Shown piece by piece: positions 1-7,555 of a stretch of 31,798 nt of DNA. Origin of the DNA: a bacterium (GTDB lineage Bacteria; Oederibacteriota; PGYV01; Palsa-1178). The stretch lies in the NCBI GenBank assembly GCA_037138355.1, contig JBAXIL010000017.1, forward strand, positions 1 through 31,798, given 5' to 3'. Numbering within the stretch: position 1 is the first letter of the stretch; each line of letters starts with the position of its first letter. Made by a program: the position numbers and the translations under genes. The notes below the pieces were generated by a model. The model searched no databases. It saw only the letters and a program-made list of their open reading frames with translations, and was not told where the DNA came from.

Positions 1-152
1 GGTGGGCAGTGAGGGAGTCGAACCCTCGGCCAATTGATTAAGAGTCAACTGCTCTGAGATGCAATTGTGAACCGCAGGTGAACAAACTTTAATAGGATTC
101 ATCTTCCTCTCAGCTTGCCGGCTGATTTCCGGCCCCACTGAGCTAACTTCCA
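1..152 (-). pseudogene. tRNA-Lys(CTT) duplicate with a 79-nt insertion in the D-loop (pseudo-tRNA or intron-containing tRNA); last base of CCA falls off the window edge
   Basis: 1-55 is identical to 179-233 of the intact tRNA-Lys and 135-148 matches 235-248. 56-134 replaces one base of the D-loop. The 5' acceptor strand reads TGGAAGT instead of GGGCAGT (two mismatches against ACTGCCC). Confidence 0.85.
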
Positions 153-177
153 ATGTCTTTTTTATTTTTAAAAATTT

Positions 178-252
178 TGGTGGGCAGTGAGGGAGTCGAA
201 CCCTCGGCCAATTGATTAAGAGTCAACTGCTCTACCACTGAGCTAACTGCCC
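178..252 (-). tRNA. tRNA-Lys(CTT)
   Basis: Reverse complement GGGCAGTTAGCTCAGTGGTAGAGCAGTTGACTCTTAATCAATTGGCCGAGGGTTCGACTCCCTCACTGCCCACCA: full cloverleaf, anticodon loop CT-CTT-AA, encoded CCA. Confidence 0.97.
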
Positions 253-291
253 TCCACCGAAATTTATGTGGTAAAAATTTTTTATAAAAAA

Positions 292-368
292 TGGTGCGCC
301 CGAAGGGAATCGAACCCCTGACCAACAGATTAGAAATCTGCTGCTCTATCCAACTGAGCTACGGGCGC
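292..368 (-). tRNA. tRNA-Arg(TCT)
   Basis: GCGCCCG acceptor stem, loop TT-TCT-AA, GGTTCGATTCC T-arm, CCA end. Confidence 0.96.
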
Positions 369-402
369 GCACTACAATTACGAGCGCTATAATAACTAAG
401 TT

Positions 403-480
403 TGGGGTAAGTGACGGGATTCGAACCCGCGACCTCCAGGGCCACATCCTGGCGTTCTAACCAACTGAACTACACCTACC
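403..480 (-). tRNA. tRNA-His(GTG), including encoded G-1
   Basis: G-GTAGGTG...CACTTAC-C-CCA, loop AT-GTG-GC, GGTTCGAATCC T-arm, C73 discriminator. Confidence 0.96.
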
Positions 481-570
481 ACATATTTAAGTTTTCCAAT
501 ATTCAAAGTTTATAAAAATTTTTATGGTTGATTTTTATTTCTGCTATCTCCTGCTCAACTTCTACTATCT

Positions 571-596
571 CGAATTTTCGCGACAGCGAAAATTCG
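571..596. repeat. Perfect 11-bp inverted repeat abutting the CCA end of tRNA-Arg(CCG)
   Basis: CGAATTTTCGC-GACA-GCGAAAATTCG. Confidence 0.85.
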
Positions 597-672
597 TGGT
601 GCGCCTGGAGGGAATTGAACCCCCGCACATGGCTTCGGAGGCCAATGCTCTAATCCACTGAGCTACAGGCGC
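597..672 (-). tRNA. tRNA-Arg(CCG)
   Basis: GCGCCTG acceptor stem, loop CT-CCG-AA, GGTTCAATTCC T-arm, CCA end. Confidence 0.95.
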
Positions 673-752
673 GCTAAAACTATTGCAGTATTTCCCTGTG
701 CGTCGTGTTGTTTCTATTATGTATTATCAATAAATAAAAAATAATAAAAAAA

Positions 753-829
753 TGGTCGGGGTGAGAGGATTCGAACCTCCGGCCCCCTGCTCCCAAGGCA
801 GGTGCGCTAGCCAGCTGCGCTACACCCCG
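753..829 (-). tRNA. tRNA-Pro(TGG)
   Basis: CGGGGTG acceptor stem, loop CT-TGG-GA, GGTTCGAATCC T-arm, CCA end. Confidence 0.97.
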
Positions 830-868
830 ACAATAATGTAATATAATTCTATAATAAAAGACCTTAAA

Positions 869-897
869 AATATATCAAAATAAGATAGCTCCGTCAA
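869..897 (-). promoter_or_regulatory. sigma70-type promoter of the tRNA operon
   Basis: TTGACG (897-892), 17-nt spacer, TATATT (874-869), about 40 nt upstream of tRNA-Pro. Confidence 0.75.
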
Positions 898-966
898 CAC
901 AAAACTCTTTTTATATTTAAAAAACTTTAAAAACTATGTTTTCTTCCTTATTTATATAGACTTTTG

Positions 967-988
967 AAACAGCCCTTTTTAGGCTATT
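967..988 (-). terminator. Possible weak intrinsic terminator after the menA-like gene
   Basis: Minus strand AGCCT-AAAAA-GGGCT-GTTT just after the stop codon; short stem and poor U tract. Confidence 0.35.
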
Positions 989-993
989 TACTT

Positions 994-2001
994 TTAAATA
1001 ATAATATTTAGTGTTTTCAGCACTGCTCCTATTATTAAACCCAGTATAAATAATCCCCCAGCCATTTTATTAAACCAAAATGCCCAAACCACATACCACA
1101 GTGGCCATATTTTTGGAAAGTCTTTTGGTGGCTCTGTTGGTTTTGCTGACGATAAAACATCCATAAAATATTTAAACCTGCCTATAGATAAAAAGGCAAT
1201 CAATGTAAAAGGAGTTACTACTTTAAAAAAGACAAGTATGACTAATGACACATAAAATAAAGCAGTGTTAAATCTTGTAAACATAATTGCATTTTTCCAA
1301 CCCAATACCACTGGCAAAGTCTTAACTCCCTTGGCATTATCCTTTTCAAACTTGTCCAAATGTTTACTTAATAAAACATTTGTTACTACAAGACCGTATG
1401 GTATTGAAGCAAGCCATACCTGCCATGGCATATTACCAGCCATTACATAATAAGTTCCTACAGTAATAAACGGTCCCCATATCAAAAATATTGCAAACTC
1501 TCCAAGCCCTCGGTATTTAAGTTTTAAAGGAGGGGCTACATAAAATACACTTAATAAAAAACCAGATATAGCAAATATCATTACAGGCCAACCCACACGC
1601 GACATTAAAAAAACAGCTGCACAAAGTTCAATAATTCCAAATATCAAAAAAGTTAAAAGTAATTGTTTTTCAGTGAGTAATCCAGAAGTTATAGGATGTG
1701 GTGAATATTGAGTCCTATGATAATCAGGTGTATCTACTCCCTGCTTGAAATCAAAATAATCATTTATCAAATTATTTGACATATGTGCAAGAGTCAAAGC
1801 CACAACAACAACTCCCAAATATATCCAATTAATATGCCCAGCCGTATATGCTAAAATTGCTCCGACTAAGGCAGATGTAATCGTCATAGAAATTACCTGC
1901 GCCCGCGTAATAATAACCCACTTACTGAAAAAATCCATTTTTTCACCCTCTGGAAGATTCCCAATTTCAAGTACATATTTCCACTTTTTTAATAAATTCA
2001 T
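994..2001 (-). CDS. menA: UbiA-family prenyltransferase, MenA-like (1,4-dihydroxy-2-naphthoate polyprenyltransferase)
   Basis: NNLINDYFDFKQGVD and KHLDKFEKDNAKGVKTL aspartate motifs, YVAPPLKLKYRGLGE, many TM helices; start moved to ATG 2001 behind a GGAGG. Confidence 0.8.
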   Translation of the reverse strand: MNLLKKWKYVLEIGNLPEGEKMDFFSKWVIITRAQVISMTITSALVGAILAYTAGHINWIYLGVVVVALTLAHMSNNLINDYFDFKQGVDTPDYHRTQYSPHPITSGLLTEKQLLLTFLIFGIIELCAAVFLMSRVGWPVMIFAISGFLLSVFYVAPPLKLKYRGLGEFAIFLIWGPFITVGTYYVMAGNMPWQVWLASIPYGLVVTNVLLSKHLDKFEKDNAKGVKTLPVVLGWKNAIMFTRFNTALFYVSLVILVFFKVVTPFTLIAFLSIGRFKYFMDVLSSAKPTEPPKDFPKIWPLWYVVWAFWFNKMAGGLFILGLIIGAVLKTLNIII

Positions 2002-2014
2002 AGTACCTCCAATT

Positions 2015-3169
2015 TTAAATAATTTTTTTTGTAAGCTCACCGACCGCCTCTATATGTCTTGTCTGTGGGAACATATCAAACGCTGCAAAATCCTTTAAAT
2101 CATAATCTGCAGATAAAATCTTTATATCTTCAGCCATTCTTCTTGGATTACAAGAAACATAAATAAGTTTTTCTGGCATTGTGCTTTTTATATATTTAAA
2201 AACTTTTCTTTGTATTCCGTTTCTTGGCGGATCCAAAACAAATATCGTTTTTTTCCCTGTTAAATCAATCCCAAGTTCAGAACTTTTCTCTGCATCGGCT
2301 TCAAAAAACTTTACATTTTTACAATCATTTGCTTCTATATTTTTTGCCCCAGCAGCTGTATTTAATCCATTATTATCAACTATAAATACTTCTTTTGCCA
2401 TATCCATGAGCGATATCCCGAGTGTTCCAACCCCTCCATATAAATCAATAAGCGTATCGTACTGTTCCCCTACTTTATCCTTAATAAAATAAATGATGTC
2501 CATAAGCACAGCTGAATTACTCTGGAAAAATCCTTGCGTATGATAATTAAAAACTTTTTGTCCAAGTCTTTCAGATATATACGCGCTTCCCTTAATTACC
2601 TCCACCGCAGGAGTAGCGCTTTGGTCAGTATTGTGCTTCACAAGACCTATTAATACATTTCCAACTTTTGATTTGGCCGCGAAGCTTTCAATTAAAGCCT
2701 TATGTTCCTCTATTTTTTGTGAATTTGCGTTTAAAATAAAAGTCACTGATGATTCACCAGAAAAAAACGAGCTTCTTATGGTGGCATATCTTATTGTTCC
2801 AGTAGTTCTAACAACATCAAATACATCTAATTTTTCTTTTTCAAGTTCAAACCAAGCTTGAACTTCATCAAAAACTGTTTGCACTCCAGTATTGGCTATA
2901 TGACATTTTTTAAAGTGAATCAACTTTTCAAAGTGCCCTTTTTTGCGTTGGCCTAAACCTTCTGAATTAAATGGAAAATCCATTCTATTTCTATAATTAA
3001 ACTCTTGCTTAACAAATACTTTTAATTCAGGACTTAGTTCAACCTTTTGCATCAGAAAATCTGCAATAAGATCTTTTTTCTTAAGTTCTATTTGTACCGC
3101 ATAATCTCTTTCCTGCATAGAACATCCACCACAGTTTCCAAAAACTGGGCATTGAGGCGCTCTTTCCAT
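2015..3169 (-). CDS. RlmD/RlmC/TrmA-family RNA m5U methyltransferase with Fe-S cluster, no TRAM domain
   Basis: CPVFGNCGGC, YRNR, FFQSN, DLYGGVG, LDPPRNG, YVSCNP and DMFPQTRHIE motifs. Confidence 0.9.
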   Translation of the reverse strand: MERAPQCPVFGNCGGCSMQERDYAVQIELKKKDLIADFLMQKVELSPELKVFVKQEFNYRNRMDFPFNSEGLGQRKKGHFEKLIHFKKCHIANTGVQTVFDEVQAWFELEKEKLDVFDVVRTTGTIRYATIRSSFFSGESSVTFILNANSQKIEEHKALIESFAAKSKVGNVLIGLVKHNTDQSATPAVEVIKGSAYISERLGQKVFNYHTQGFFQSNSAVLMDIIYFIKDKVGEQYDTLIDLYGGVGTLGISLMDMAKEVFIVDNNGLNTAAGAKNIEANDCKNVKFFEADAEKSSELGIDLTGKKTIFVLDPPRNGIQRKVFKYIKSTMPEKLIYVSCNPRRMAEDIKILSADYDLKDFAAFDMFPQTRHIEAVGELTKKII

Positions 3170-3231
3170 TTATACACCTTTCCAATATTTTTTTATTAAG
3201 CTACAACAAAAATTTCAACAACTAAGTCTTT

Positions 3232-3579
3232 CTATCCTGGAGGCCATATCATAGGCCTTCCACCTAAAACATGCAAATGCAAATGAGCCACAGCCATACC
3301 TCCATCACGGTTCACATTAAAAACAGTCCTATAACCTGACTCAGCTACACCCTTATCTTTTGCTATTTTTTTTGCTGCCTCAAAAATTGCTTCTAAATAA
3401 ACCACATCACTTTTCAAAGTTTCATTTAAGGTTGCAATATGCTTCTTTGGAATTATTAATACATGCACTGGCGCTTGTGGATTAATATCCTCAAACGCAT
3501 AAACTAAATCATTTTCATAAACTGCTTTAGATGGTATTTCCTTTTTAAGTATTTTACAAAAAAGACAATTTTCAGTCAT
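3232..3579 (-). CDS. hinT: Histidine triad (HIT) nucleotide-binding protein, HinT-like
   Basis: CLFCKI start, DINPQAPVHVLIIPKKH, HLHLHVLGG, C-terminal WPPG. Confidence 0.93.
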   Translation of the reverse strand: MTENCLFCKILKKEIPSKAVYENDLVYAFEDINPQAPVHVLIIPKKHIATLNETLKSDVVYLEAIFEAAKKIAKDKGVAESGYRTVFNVNRDGGMAVAHLHLHVLGGRPMIWPPG

Positions 3580-3592
3580 AAAACCATCCTTT

Positions 3593-4864
3593 TCACACTA
3601 TTTTAGCGTGAATATCACCGTTTTCTATAAGAACTATTTTCACCGGAACAATATTGTTTATACATTTTCTGGCCTTTTCATCATTTTCCACTTTTACTCT
3701 GATATAGTTTTCTGTATAACCAAAAAGACTATCTGCATTGCCACCTTCTTCTATAAGTGCTGACAGTATCCTATCTTTATTCTTCTGAGCAAAAGCTATT
3801 TCTTTTTCCTCAGCTATTTTCATAAGAATCTTTACCCGTTCTTTTTTCATCTTATCATCAAGCTTCTTATCCATGACAGTGGCTTTTGTATTAGGCCTAT
3901 CAGAATATGGAAACACATGGAGTCGCGAAAAAGGAATCTCTTTTATAAATGCTACTGTATTTTCAAATTCTTCCTTAGTCTCTCCAGGAAACCCTGCTAT
4001 CACATCCGTATTTATCCCTGCATAAGGCATTTTGCTAATTATATATTCAACTTTTTTTCTGTATAAACCAGTATCATAATTTCTATTCATTCTTTTCAAT
4101 ACTGCATCATCTCCACTTTGCATAGAAAGATGAAAGTGTGGACATATTCTTTCTGGATTTTCAGAAGCCAAGTTAATTACCTCATTACTTAAATCCACAG
4201 GACCTATTGAACTCAAGCGGACCCTTGTACTGCCTGGTAATTGTATTATTGCCTTCAAAATATCATATAGTGCTGTAAAGCTATTTTTTTCCTTCCCAAA
4301 AAGTCCAAGATTAACTCCAGTGAGAATAATTTCCTTGAAACCAGCTAAAGACAACTGCTTAATTTCCTTTAATATTTCAGCTTCATCTCTACTTCTTATT
4401 TTGCTACCTCTTACTAAAGGAACTGTACAGTAGGCACAAAATCTATCACAACCATCTTCTACCTTTACAAATGCTTTATTTTTTCCTGAGAATCCTTCCA
4501 GTATGGATTCATAAACTGCAGCAGGGGTGTTGATTATTTCAGGTGGGTATGAAGCTAACATGAATTTTTTTTCATTTGGAATTATCCAGTCGGCAAGATT
4601 AGTCAAGTCAGCAGAATCCTGTCTTTGAACAAGGCAGCCCGTTAGTATTACTTTACATTTCTGCTTTGCCTTTAGTTGTCTAATTTTTCTGGCAATTTCG
4701 GAATCGATTTTCGCTGTAACAGTACAGGTGTTAATCAGACTCACATCAGCGACCGAATCATCAGTAACTTCCGTAAATCCGCCTGTCTTCAAAAACATCT
4801 GTTTAATCAATTCCGTTTCATACTGATTAACCTTACATCCATATGTAAAAAAACTAATTTTCAT
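3593..4864 (-). CDS. mtaB: tRNA t6A37 methylthiotransferase (radical SAM)
   Basis: TYGCKVNQYE, INTCTVT, GCLVQ, CDRFCAYC (CxxxCxxC), HFHLSMQSG, LHVFPYSDRPNT. Confidence 0.93.
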   Translation of the reverse strand: MKISFFTYGCKVNQYETELIKQMFLKTGGFTEVTDDSVADVSLINTCTVTAKIDSEIARKIRQLKAKQKCKVILTGCLVQRQDSADLTNLADWIIPNEKKFMLASYPPEIINTPAAVYESILEGFSGKNKAFVKVEDGCDRFCAYCTVPLVRGSKIRSRDEAEILKEIKQLSLAGFKEIILTGVNLGLFGKEKNSFTALYDILKAIIQLPGSTRVRLSSIGPVDLSNEVINLASENPERICPHFHLSMQSGDDAVLKRMNRNYDTGLYRKKVEYIISKMPYAGINTDVIAGFPGETKEEFENTVAFIKEIPFSRLHVFPYSDRPNTKATVMDKKLDDKMKKERVKILMKIAEEKEIAFAQKNKDRILSALIEEGGNADSLFGYTENYIRVKVENDEKARKCINNIVPVKIVLIENGDIHAKIV

Positions 4865-6073
4865 TTATTTTTTAAATGTAGACACATCGATAGTAAACTC
4901 TTCAAGTTGTGTGTCGAGATTAAATACTTCCGTAACCAGTTCTATGCCAGTACTTGTTGTAAATGTCTTTTTAATTTTGCTTTCAGCCTGTAATTTTTTA
5001 TCTTTATCTACCACCACGAGTACAGCACCATCTGTCCCCATATTCAACATTCTTACTGCCCTTACTCCCTCAGTATCAAGTATCATATCTACTAAAATCT
5101 CATTTTCTTCCTGCACTATATCAAGTCTGTTTTTGATATTCTTTTGTGATTCATTTATTAGCTCTAAAAATCCAGCAAGATTACCTTTAGTTAATGCTAT
5201 TTTTGCGGCTGCTACTCTTTCATTTTCAGAAATAAAGTAGGCACACCTTTTTCTCTGTTCCAATGTCAATTTAGACCTATATGTGTCAAACTTTTCAAGT
5301 GTCAAGCTTTCAAGTGAATCTATATTTGCTCCTAACTTATTCATAGTTTCTATGGCAGCTTTAACTTCAGCAAATATTGACTTTCTTTTTTCCTCTATGT
5401 GCTTCTTTTTCAAACCCGAGCTCATTATCATAAATGTAAGATTTCCAAAAGTTGTTTTAATGTTACCATGGTCTCCTGAAGCTGCATCAAAATATGTAAC
5501 GCAACCTTTTTCCCCAAGCAAAAGTGGAACATATTTCACAAAATTGCTTTCTGCACTCAAAAATTTCTTTTCCCCATCAGCACATACATGAGCTAATTCT
5601 ACACCCGTCATATCCCAATCCGAAAACTTCGAAGCTATATCAGCAATTCCTGCCTCGAGAGCTTCTACAGAATTTGCGTTAAAAAGATCAGGTATTTTGT
5701 TATTTATATACACATTCATACCTGTAACTTTCTTTGACATACCTTCGAGCATATACAAAGTACTTGCCATACCATATGCCCAACCGTGTTCATCTCTGCG
5801 TTCAGGGGCATTTAAGGATAGTTTTATTTTTTCATCATAATGTTGTGAATAAAATTCCAGCGATCTGTCTCCATCTTTCTTTTTTTGAGCTATGATAAAG
5901 GCATTTTTATTTAGATTAGCTGATATGCCCTTTCCTTTATTTTGTTCAAAGATTTCACCCAGAATCATAACATTACCTGGCACTGTAACACCTGTTATTA
6001 TCTCGCCTTTTGGCTGATAGATCTGAAAAAAACTTTTTGCTTCCTTAAATAAATTGTCATTTTCCTGCGGCAT
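4865..6073 (-). CDS. Galactokinase-like GHMP-fold protein with degenerate catalytic motifs
   Basis: Colinear with GalK (PGNVMILGE, W-A-Y, KRCAYFISENERV, ELINESQ, AVRM) but the Gly-rich motifs are replaced; AGGAG upstream of ATG. Confidence 0.75.
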   Translation of the reverse strand: MPQENDNLFKEAKSFFQIYQPKGEIITGVTVPGNVMILGEIFEQNKGKGISANLNKNAFIIAQKKKDGDRSLEFYSQHYDEKIKLSLNAPERRDEHGWAYGMASTLYMLEGMSKKVTGMNVYINNKIPDLFNANSVEALEAGIADIASKFSDWDMTGVELAHVCADGEKKFLSAESNFVKYVPLLLGEKGCVTYFDAASGDHGNIKTTFGNLTFMIMSSGLKKKHIEEKRKSIFAEVKAAIETMNKLGANIDSLESLTLEKFDTYRSKLTLEQRKRCAYFISENERVAAAKIALTKGNLAGFLELINESQKNIKNRLDIVQEENEILVDMILDTEGVRAVRMLNMGTDGAVLVVVDKDKKLQAESKIKKTFTTSTGIELVTEVFNLDTQLEEFTIDVSTFKK

Positions 6074-6223
6074 CGCTTATCTCCTATAGTTTTTTTACTA
6101 AACATTTTTTAATTGATACTACATTTGTTAAAGCCAAAATTTTAGTTCTTCACAAACCACCTAAGAGGTGTGGAGCAATTATAACACACCTTTCTTACAA
6201 GTTTCATACAAATAAACAACTTT

Positions 6224-7333
6224 TTATTTCATTTTTACGAATGCATCTTTTTCAGAGCCCATTAAGCTTCTCTGTAAAAACTCCTTATTTCTAATTATAT
6301 AAAAGTACACAGGCGGATTTGACCTATCGCCATTTTCCTTAAATGAAATGTTTCCAGTCACGCCAGCATATGTTTCATCCTTTAAATACTTTATAATATC
6401 ATTTTTATTTATTTTCCCAGCCATTAGAGCGTTTAATAAAAATCCTGTTGCATCATAAACATAAGGTATGTGAGTGTCGTCCCCTCCAAATGTTTCTCCA
6501 AACTTTTTCAAATGGGGTCTGAACTTTTTAAAACCATATAAGCTTGATGGCGAAATCGATGAAAAGATAGCACCCTGCGCTCCTGCTTTAGCATTTTTTA
6601 TAAATATAGAACTACAGATAAGATGCGTTGATGAGAAATCAGCACCCACATTCATTTCTGCCGATTGTCTGGCAAGTGCTGCTGCCTGCGCTGCTCTTCC
6701 AGCAAAATAAATATTATGTACCTTAAGATCTCGAAGTCTTAGTAACACTGCTGTAAAATCCATTCTATCACCCTCTACTTCTTTAAAATATTGCGCCCAA
6801 GTATTATTTTTATCAGCGGCATTTTTATAGGCCTGTGCCATTTTCTGATATTCATCACTATCCGTTGAATACACTATTGCCAATTTCCCCTTAAGAGAAA
6901 CTGAAATTAAAAATCTGCAAGTATCGGCTGCAAGTTGTGCTTCTGAGGCAGCAATTCTAAATAAATTTTGTCTTCCTTCAATATTAAAATATAAGTTTTC
7001 AGAGGAAGCAGCTATGAGTGGGATTTCTGTTACTGCTTCAATTACATTTTTATTAGCTGGTCCGAACAAACCTATAACACACAGTAAATTTTCTTTATTT
7101 TTTATTGAATCGCAGACAAAAGAGTCATTTTCGTTGAAAAATTCCGGAGTGACAGCATATGCAGTATTTGTAAGGTTGAATTCATCCAATGAGAACTTGA
7201 GAGAATTGAACATAGCATTTGATACAGCGTTGTTTGTGTTGCCCAAAAATCCTACACAATACATTTCCTTGGCACAAGCAACCGGTGAAAACACTAGTAT
7301 AAAGCTGATTAAAACGGCATAAAGCCTTATCAA
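6224..7333 (-). CDS. LivK/LivJ-like type I periplasmic binding-fold protein, secreted
   Basis: Signal peptide, NLFRIA, DFTAVLLRLR, YVYDA, YAGVTGNISFKENGDR; GGAGG before TTG. Confidence 0.8.
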   Translation of the reverse strand: MIRLYAVLISFILVFSPVACAKEMYCVGFLGNTNNAVSNAMFNSLKFSLDEFNLTNTAYAVTPEFFNENDSFVCDSIKNKENLLCVIGLFGPANKNVIEAVTEIPLIAASSENLYFNIEGRQNLFRIAASEAQLAADTCRFLISVSLKGKLAIVYSTDSDEYQKMAQAYKNAADKNNTWAQYFKEVEGDRMDFTAVLLRLRDLKVHNIYFAGRAAQAAALARQSAEMNVGADFSSTHLICSSIFIKNAKAGAQGAIFSSISPSSLYGFKKFRPHLKKFGETFGGDDTHIPYVYDATGFLLNALMAGKINKNDIIKYLKDETYAGVTGNISFKENGDRSNPPVYFYIIRNKEFLQRSLMGSEKDAFVKMK

Positions 7334-7555
7334 CCAGAAACCTCCAAAGCTTATCTCTATAATATTTACTCGGTTATTATAGCAATAATTGAATTATTGT
7401 CAATAACAGGAACTATCTATATATATAACAGCCAAATTGCCTTTTGTATTAAAATACTGATTAACTTCATTTATCTTTTCGTTTCAATATTCCCCTGTTT
7501 TGTGCTAATATATACACTGTTTTTAGATTATGATATTTTAGGAGGAAGTAAATTT

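Noticed and set aside
56..134. Group I or group II self-splicing intron
   Set aside because: At 79 nt it is far too short, and I see no P7 or domain V core; at most a remnant.
1..252. attL/attR pair of an integrated element
   Set aside because: The duplicate also contains the tRNA 5' half, the copies are 25 nt apart, and no integrase is visible; sequence left of the window cannot be assessed.
143..325. 60-aa ORF in the ORF track
   Set aside because: It overlaps the tRNA-Lys and tRNA-Arg genes; spurious.
7397..7555. N-terminal extensions proposed by the ORF track (also 18857-18997, 16291-16320, 28834-28860, 30389-30445, 2002-2040)
   Set aside because: Each gene has a strong SD before a downstream start where homology or the signal sequence begins.
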